The notes below the pieces were generated by a model. It ran no database searches and was not told the origin of the DNA. It worked only from the letters and a program-made list of their open reading frames with translations. A stretch of 64,000 nucleotides of DNA from contig CAYRBH010000001.1 in assembly GCA_964422585.1 (NCBI GenBank), positions 11,728 through 75,727 of the forward strand, read 5' to 3'. Source of the DNA: an uncultured Gammaproteobacteria bacterium. Lineage in GTDB: Bacteria > Patescibacteriota > Patescibacteriia > UBA1558 > 2-01-FULL-52-15. Every line of letters begins with the position of its first letter. Position 1 is the stretch's first letter. Both the position numbers and the translations under genes were made by a program. Shown piece after piece: positions 59,247-64,000 of this stretch.

Positions 59247-60477
59247 AGTGAAGCGCTACTATTGGCTTGAGGTCAGCGGCCTGCTTCGCAGGATAATACC
59301 CAAACAGGAAACCCACTGCTAAGGGGAATATGAATGAAAGCGCTACTGCGGGTATTCCGATCGAAAAGCTCCACGCATAACCCAGAGCTTGGGCGACAGC
59401 TGCCACTGCGAATGACACCAGGGTACCAATGGCAAGACCCAGCATCCCGCCGGTAAGGGTGATAAGCAACGTTTCTGTAATAAATTGAGTCCGCAAGTCT
59501 TGTGGTCTTGCTCCGAGCGCTTTGCGTATCCCGATCTCCCGAGTACGCTCAAGGACAGCTACCAGCATAATATTCATGATCCCGATCCCTCCAACGAGTA
59601 ATGAGAGCATTGAGATGGCCGCAAGGAAGTACTTCACGACATTAGTAATAGTACCAAGGACGCTCAGGGCCTGTGCTGTAGTCCGTACGCTAAAGTCATC
59701 CTGAGCAGGATTGGTGATATTATGCTGCACGCGGAGTGTTTTACGGATTTCGTCGGTCAGTATATCAAGGTTTTGACCTTCAGCAGCCTTGATCCGCATG
59801 AATCCAAGATGGTGGATGCCGAGCAGTATCTTTTGAGCAGTCTCAAGCGGTATGAAGACCTGATCATCTTGGTTCTGGAATGCAACAGTGCCCCGCTTCG
59901 GCATAACGCCGATGACGCGGAAGGTTTCGCGTTTAATTTTAATCTTTTCTCCAATGGGGTTCGCACCATTAAAGAGTTCATCAGCCACCTGCGACCCAAG
60001 GACAGCAACGCGGGAAAGCGTCGCATTATCATCATCTGTGAAGAAGCTGCCAGAGGCAACGCCAGTATTTTCGACCACAGGGTAGGAAGGCGAGACGCCA
60101 GTGAAATTCCCATCAATGCTTTGATCCTGCCAGGAAATGGTGCCAATCCCTTTCACGTAGCCGGAGTATGCTATGAGGCCAGGCACATCTTTCATGATTG
60201 CCTCCCCATCCCCAGGTGTAAGGGTTGTGATAGTGATACCGAATGCTGTCGCTGGAGGTCCATTATCGTCGCTGCCCCCTGGTAATACGCCTATCAAATT
60301 ACTGCCAAGGGTGTTGATCTGATTGAAGATGAGGCTTTGGGCTCCGTTCCCGACGGCGATGATAATGACAATAGCGGCAATCCCAATGATGATCCCGAGC
60401 ATCGTGAGAAATGAGCGGGCTTTATTGCTCAAAAGCGCTTGCCGCGCCATAAGCAGTGATAGATAGGTGCGGATCAT
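59239..60477 (-). CDS. ABC transporter permease, FtsX/MacB-type (second copy)
   Basis: Same architecture as the neighbouring permease; overlapping start/stop. Confidence 0.8.
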   Translation of the reverse strand: MIRTYLSLLMARQALLSNKARSFLTMLGIIIGIAAIVIIIAVGNGAQSLIFNQINTLGSNLIGVLPGGSDDNGPPATAFGITITTLTPGDGEAIMKDVPGLIAYSGYVKGIGTISWQDQSIDGNFTGVSPSYPVVENTGVASGSFFTDDDNATLSRVAVLGSQVADELFNGANPIGEKIKIKRETFRVIGVMPKRGTVAFQNQDDQVFIPLETAQKILLGIHHLGFMRIKAAEGQNLDILTDEIRKTLRVQHNITNPAQDDFSVRTTAQALSVLGTITNVVKYFLAAISMLSLLVGGIGIMNIMLVAVLERTREIGIRKALGARPQDLRTQFITETLLITLTGGMLGLAIGTLVSFAVAAVAQALGYAWSFSIGIPAVALSFIFPLAVGFLFGYYPAKQAADLKPIVALHYE

Positions 60478-60488
60478 GCCGGTGGATA

Positions 60489-61223
60489 TTACTTGATCTC
60501 GGTGCCAATCTGAGCGATCCTACGGGAAAGAACCTTTTCATCATTATCAATATGACCATCTTTCATATGAATGATGCGCTCTGCATGCTCGGCAGTACCA
60601 TTCTCATGGGTAACTAGAATAATAGTTTTACCATCTCTGTGCAGCTGTTGCAGTATCATAAGTACCTGGATCCCAGAAACTGAATCGAGGTTACCGGTTG
60701 GTTCGTCGGCAAGTATAATCGAGGGGTTATTCACTAATGCACGAGCGATCGCAACACGCTGCTTTTCGCCCCCGGAGAGTTGATTGGAATAAAAGTCAGC
60801 TCGATGGGCTAAGCCGACACTCTCAATAGCTTTGAGCGCTATAGCCTTACGCTCTTTTTCGCTCCGCTTAGTACTACTGTAGATAAGCGGCAGCTCTACA
60901 TTTGAGAGTACGGTCGTTTTTTGTAGTAAGTTGAATGCCTGAAACACAAAGCCGATCTGACTGCTGCGGTATTCCGCGAGCTGGACATCATTCAGCGAGC
61001 TTACATCAACATCTTTGAAGCGATAGGTGCCGTTGGTCAGCGTATCGAGAAAACCTAGAATGTTCATCAGCGTTGACTTGCCAGAGCCTGAGGGGCCCAT
61101 TAACGCGACAAATTCGCCTTGGCTGACGTTCAGATTAATGTCTTTGAGGACAGGGGTAATGACGCCATCATTGTTGAATTCCTTGTAGATATGCGCGAGC
61201 TCGATCATGCTACTTTTGCTCAC
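60489..61223 (-). CDS. ABC transporter ATP-binding protein (MacB/LolD-type)
   Basis: Walker A GPSGSGKST, signature LSGGEKQR, Walker B ILADEPTGNLD. Confidence 0.9.
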   Translation of the reverse strand: MSKSSMIELAHIYKEFNNDGVITPVLKDINLNVSQGEFVALMGPSGSGKSTLMNILGFLDTLTNGTYRFKDVDVSSLNDVQLAEYRSSQIGFVFQAFNLLQKTTVLSNVELPLIYSSTKRSEKERKAIALKAIESVGLAHRADFYSNQLSGGEKQRVAIARALVNNPSIILADEPTGNLDSVSGIQVLMILQQLHRDGKTIILVTHENGTAEHAERIIHMKDGHIDNDEKVLSRRIAQIGTEIK

Positions 61224-62865
61224 CGGTGACTACAACCTCTCCTTCAGTAAGTCCATTGGTTATTTCTAGCATACCCCCATCGCCCTTTAAGCCAGTAGTA
61301 ACCTCGCGGTCTACAGGAGTCGTAGGGTTGGTAAGGACACGGACTTTCTTTACCTCATTGGTGGTTGTGACAGCGCGAGCCGGTACCACCAAGACACCCG
61401 GTTTCGTAGCGGTAGTGATAGTGATATTCGCGGTCATGCCTGACTTAAGTGTCTCTGTCGGTTCAGTGAATGTTATGGTAACACGATAGTAGACAACACC
61501 CTCTATGAGACGTTCAGCTGGTTCGATGGATTGCACGACACCCTTGAAAGACACATCGGGTCCGAAGGCATCCAGTGTCGTGGATACCGCATCTCCAACG
61601 GCTATCTTCGCGATATCGGATTCTGGTATATCGACATTGATTTCGAAAGCGCTAGTGCCAATCATGGTGATATTCGGCGTTGTAGGAAGTGCCTGCTCAC
61701 CCACTTTGATATCCACGGCAGTTATCGTGCCATCAATGGGCGCAGTGATCACCGTATCGGCCACATTGCTCAAGGCAGCCTGCAGAGAGGCCTGAGCTTG
61801 CGCCACGCGCGATTGCTGTTGTTTGATATCATAACTCTGCGGCTTTGCGGTAGAGAGGTTAAGCTTTGCCTGAGCCAAATCCAATGCACCTTGTGCGGTC
61901 TTAACAGCGAAATTCGCGTCATCATAAGCGTTCTGAAGGGCATCCTCGCCAGTGGTTAAGTTAGAAATGGAAGACTGAATAGCGGTTTTCGCAGCAGCCA
62001 CCGCGGTTGCCTGGGCATTGCTATCTGCTTTTAAGCCGTCAATAGCGGCAGCGCTATAGGAGGTAGTAACGATACCGCCAGAATAGGCGTCAAGTGAGTC
62101 TTGGAGGCATGCTGATATCTGGGTAAGGTTCGTCTGCAACGTATTGAGCGCTGTGAGTATGTCATCGTTCTTCTGGCTCACCTGAGCAGTTTGTATGAGT
62201 GGATCAAGGGAATCTAAGGTTGCCCGTGCACGCGTGTAGCTATCTCTGGCGGCAAGGACAGCCTCAGTCTTGGTCGTTTTGAAAAGGTTACTAGCATCCT
62301 GATCAAGCAGATCACCAAATACTACATCAAGGGCATACTGCGCAACGAATTTTTTATCAATGAGCGCTTGCAATGCCGTTGATCGATTGTCGTCACGGGT
62401 CTTCTGCTGAGAAGCTATGAGGTTCTGTAAATTCGTTTTAGCCGAATCAAGCTGTATAGCAGCGTTCGAAACTTCTTCCTGGGTGACCGCTAGTTGCTCG
62501 GGGGTTGTACCGCTCAGAAGTTTTTCCAAATCTGCTTGTGCTGAACTAACGCTTGCCTGGGCGCTGCTTACCTGAGATTGCAGAGTGTCGGCAGAGAGCT
62601 CTGCGAGCACCTGTCCTTGTTTCACCTTGTCCCCTACTGCGACATGCACGACTGCGACCCGACCAGTCGCTTTGAAATTCATGCCAATGTCTTCCGCTGA
62701 GGATATCGATCCAGTCGCGTCGACAGTTTGTACCAGATCCATTTTTGTGACTTTGGCAGTACTATAGGTCGGGCCGGATGGTTTTTTCAAAGCAAAAGAA
62801 ACGCCAATGCCGATTATGACAAGTATGACGATACCTATGATGATTTTTCTGAATCGTTTGAACAT
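61210..62865 (-). CDS. HlyD/MacA-family periplasmic adaptor (membrane fusion) protein with extended coiled-coil
   Basis: N-terminal TM, biotinyl-lipoyl-like beta segments flanking a ~300-aa coiled-coil, C-terminal beta-barrel. Confidence 0.75.
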   Translation of the reverse strand: MFKRFRKIIIGIVILVIIGIGVSFALKKPSGPTYSTAKVTKMDLVQTVDATGSISSAEDIGMNFKATGRVAVVHVAVGDKVKQGQVLAELSADTLQSQVSSAQASVSSAQADLEKLLSGTTPEQLAVTQEEVSNAAIQLDSAKTNLQNLIASQQKTRDDNRSTALQALIDKKFVAQYALDVVFGDLLDQDASNLFKTTKTEAVLAARDSYTRARATLDSLDPLIQTAQVSQKNDDILTALNTLQTNLTQISACLQDSLDAYSGGIVTTSYSAAAIDGLKADSNAQATAVAAAKTAIQSSISNLTTGEDALQNAYDDANFAVKTAQGALDLAQAKLNLSTAKPQSYDIKQQQSRVAQAQASLQAALSNVADTVITAPIDGTITAVDIKVGEQALPTTPNITMIGTSAFEINVDIPESDIAKIAVGDAVSTTLDAFGPDVSFKGVVQSIEPAERLIEGVVYYRVTITFTEPTETLKSGMTANITITTATKPGVLVVPARAVTTTNEVKKVRVLTNPTTPVDREVTTGLKGDGGMLEITNGLTEGEVVVTGEQK

Positions 62866-62978
62866 ACTACTTTAAAATAAGCACAGTTACTATACTGTAT
62901 TTCGAGCCCTTTATCAATCTATATTGAAAATAACCCAGTGTTGTTGGGTTTCCTCCAAGCTCTATGTCACTGAGCGCC

Positions 62979-63587
62979 TTAACGCTGCACTTCTATGCTG
63001 CCAGACTTATAATGGGTGCATGCCCCAACCGCTATCCTATTCGCAGCACTCTTCTTGATGTAGTAACCAGTACTACTGGCAGTGTTTAATGGATCGACTG
63101 GCATGGTGGCAAGGTATTTATCGGTGATAGCTGTCCAGAGGTTTACCTGACCGTAAATCGTTTGAGCACCAGCAGCACCATCCAGCTCCAGACAATCAGC
63201 ATTATCACTGGTAGAGCCATCAGTTTTCTGTCCCTGACCTTGTGCTATCACATAGTACTGACCAGGAGTCATGTTAGCGACAGGAGTAGGCAGACCTGAG
63301 GCATCCACCGTGTATTGTAAAATAGCATTAAGGATAGAGGTGACATCAGCATACCTACGAGCATCACGGGCATCACCGACTCTCTTCGCAGGATCAATGG
63401 CTACGAACAGGGCTGCTGCCAGTAGACCGATGATGGCTACGACTATGATAAGTTCTATCAAGGTGAAGCCTTTTTTGGCGGTACTACGGGCACTCGTGCA
63501 AGAGCGCACTCTGGTCATTAATTTTCTATAGGTTGATTGCCTCATGGTATCAGCAACTATATGGTAGTTTATTCGAGATAAAATCAC
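62979..63587 (-). CDS. type IV pilin / pseudopilin (prepilin-type N-terminal methylation domain)
   Basis: ..KKGFTLIELIIVVAIIGLLAAALFVAI.. class III signal with G|FTLIE cleavage site; the true start is probably the internal Met (MTRVRS.., ~63518). Confidence 0.7.
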   Translation of the reverse strand: MILSRINYHIVADTMRQSTYRKLMTRVRSCTSARSTAKKGFTLIELIIVVAIIGLLAAALFVAIDPAKRVGDARDARRYADVTSILNAILQYTVDASGLPTPVANMTPGQYYVIAQGQGQKTDGSTSDNADCLELDGAAGAQTIYGQVNLWTAITDKYLATMPVDPLNTASSTGYYIKKSAANRIAVGACTHYKSGSIEVQR

Positions 63588-63599
63588 AACCTGAGTGTG

Positions 63600-64000
63600 C
63601 TAGTGTATCTTTTGGGCCTGTATCAAGAATTCCTGTATATCTCGATCGACAACGCCGCTCTTTAGTAAAGCGCTCATCTCATCCAAGGCAGCGCTTTTAT
63701 CTCCCATTTTATACTTCAAAACAGCATCTAAGAATGTCAATCTCTTGAAGGTTGGGAATAAACGCAAAGCTTCATCCAAGGTACTTCGCGCTGAGGCGAA
63801 GTCATTCTTACTGATATACAGGGTGATGAGATTAGCCGAAGCGAAGGGGTTACCATCGCAGTACTGCACTTTCTGGTATTGTTGTTCGGCCTGTGCGTCA
63901 AGACCCAGATCCTCATAGACCACGCCGAGATTCGTTTGTGAGATGAACCATTGAGGACGCAACTGAACAGCCCTCTCAAACATACTGCGCGCCTCATCTA
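63600..64000 (-). CDS. tetratricopeptide-repeat protein (partial; N-terminus beyond the window)
   Basis: TPR-like degenerate 34-aa repeats; the reading frame is open to the window edge. Confidence 0.45.
   Translation of the reverse strand, partial: DEARSMFERAVQLRPQWFISQTNLGVVYEDLGLDAQAEQQYQKVQYCDGNPFASANLITLYISKNDFASARSTLDEALRLFPTFKRLTFLDAVLKYKMGDKSAALDEMSALLKSGVVDRDIQEFLIQAQKIH

Overview
This 64 kb window appears to be a small-genome, low-to-moderate GC (~45-48%) bacterium, probably monoderm/Gram-positive-like and possibly CPR/Patescibacteria. The evidence for that is a sortase/LPXTG system, class I LysRS, tightly packed and overlapping genes, and a CIRCE/HrcA heat-shock operon; the organism assignment is inference only.

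Layout:
- 1-4.0 kb: conserved ribosomal/RNAP operon infA-rpmJ-rpsM-rpsK-rpsD-rpoA-rplQ-rplM-rpsI.
- 4.0-12.0 kb: Wzx/Wzy-type surface-polysaccharide locus (flippase, 2x GT4, 3x GT2, O-antigen-ligase-like membrane protein).
- 12-19.5 kb: NUDIX, class I lysS, serS, ftsQ-like, S41 C-terminal protease, UDP-glucose 6-dehydrogenase.
- 19.5-24 kb: a 756-aa membrane protein with pilin-like motifs, a tyrosine recombinase followed by a highly structured non-coding stretch, and a small secreted protein.
- 24-38 kb (mostly minus strand): FKBP, GH-like TIM-barrel protein, M23 peptidase, gltX, tagA/wecG, thpR, def-fmt, a processive GT2 synthase (QxxRW), a PilM-like protein, exonuclease III.
- 38-41 kb: sortase plus a 781-aa LPNTG-anchored Cys-rich surface protein carrying an exact 567-bp tandem duplication.
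- 41-50 kb: htrA, tRNA-Gln, dnaX, a translationally coupled 3-gene cluster around a VirB4/VirD4-like ATPase, corA, dus.
- 50.1-52.3 kb: a compositionally foreign (~57-58% GC) island encoding a 680-aa membrane protein.
- 52.5-58 kb: heat-shock operon hrcA-grpE-hsp20-(Zn-ribbon)-dnaK-(small ORF)-dnaJ with a perfect CIRCE operator.
- 58-64 kb: MacAB/Lol-like ABC exporter (HlyD adaptor, ATPase, two FtsX permeases), a type IV pilin, a partial TPR protein.

No CRISPR arrays or rRNA genes were seen. All functional calls rest on motif-level reading of the supplied translations; no database search was run.
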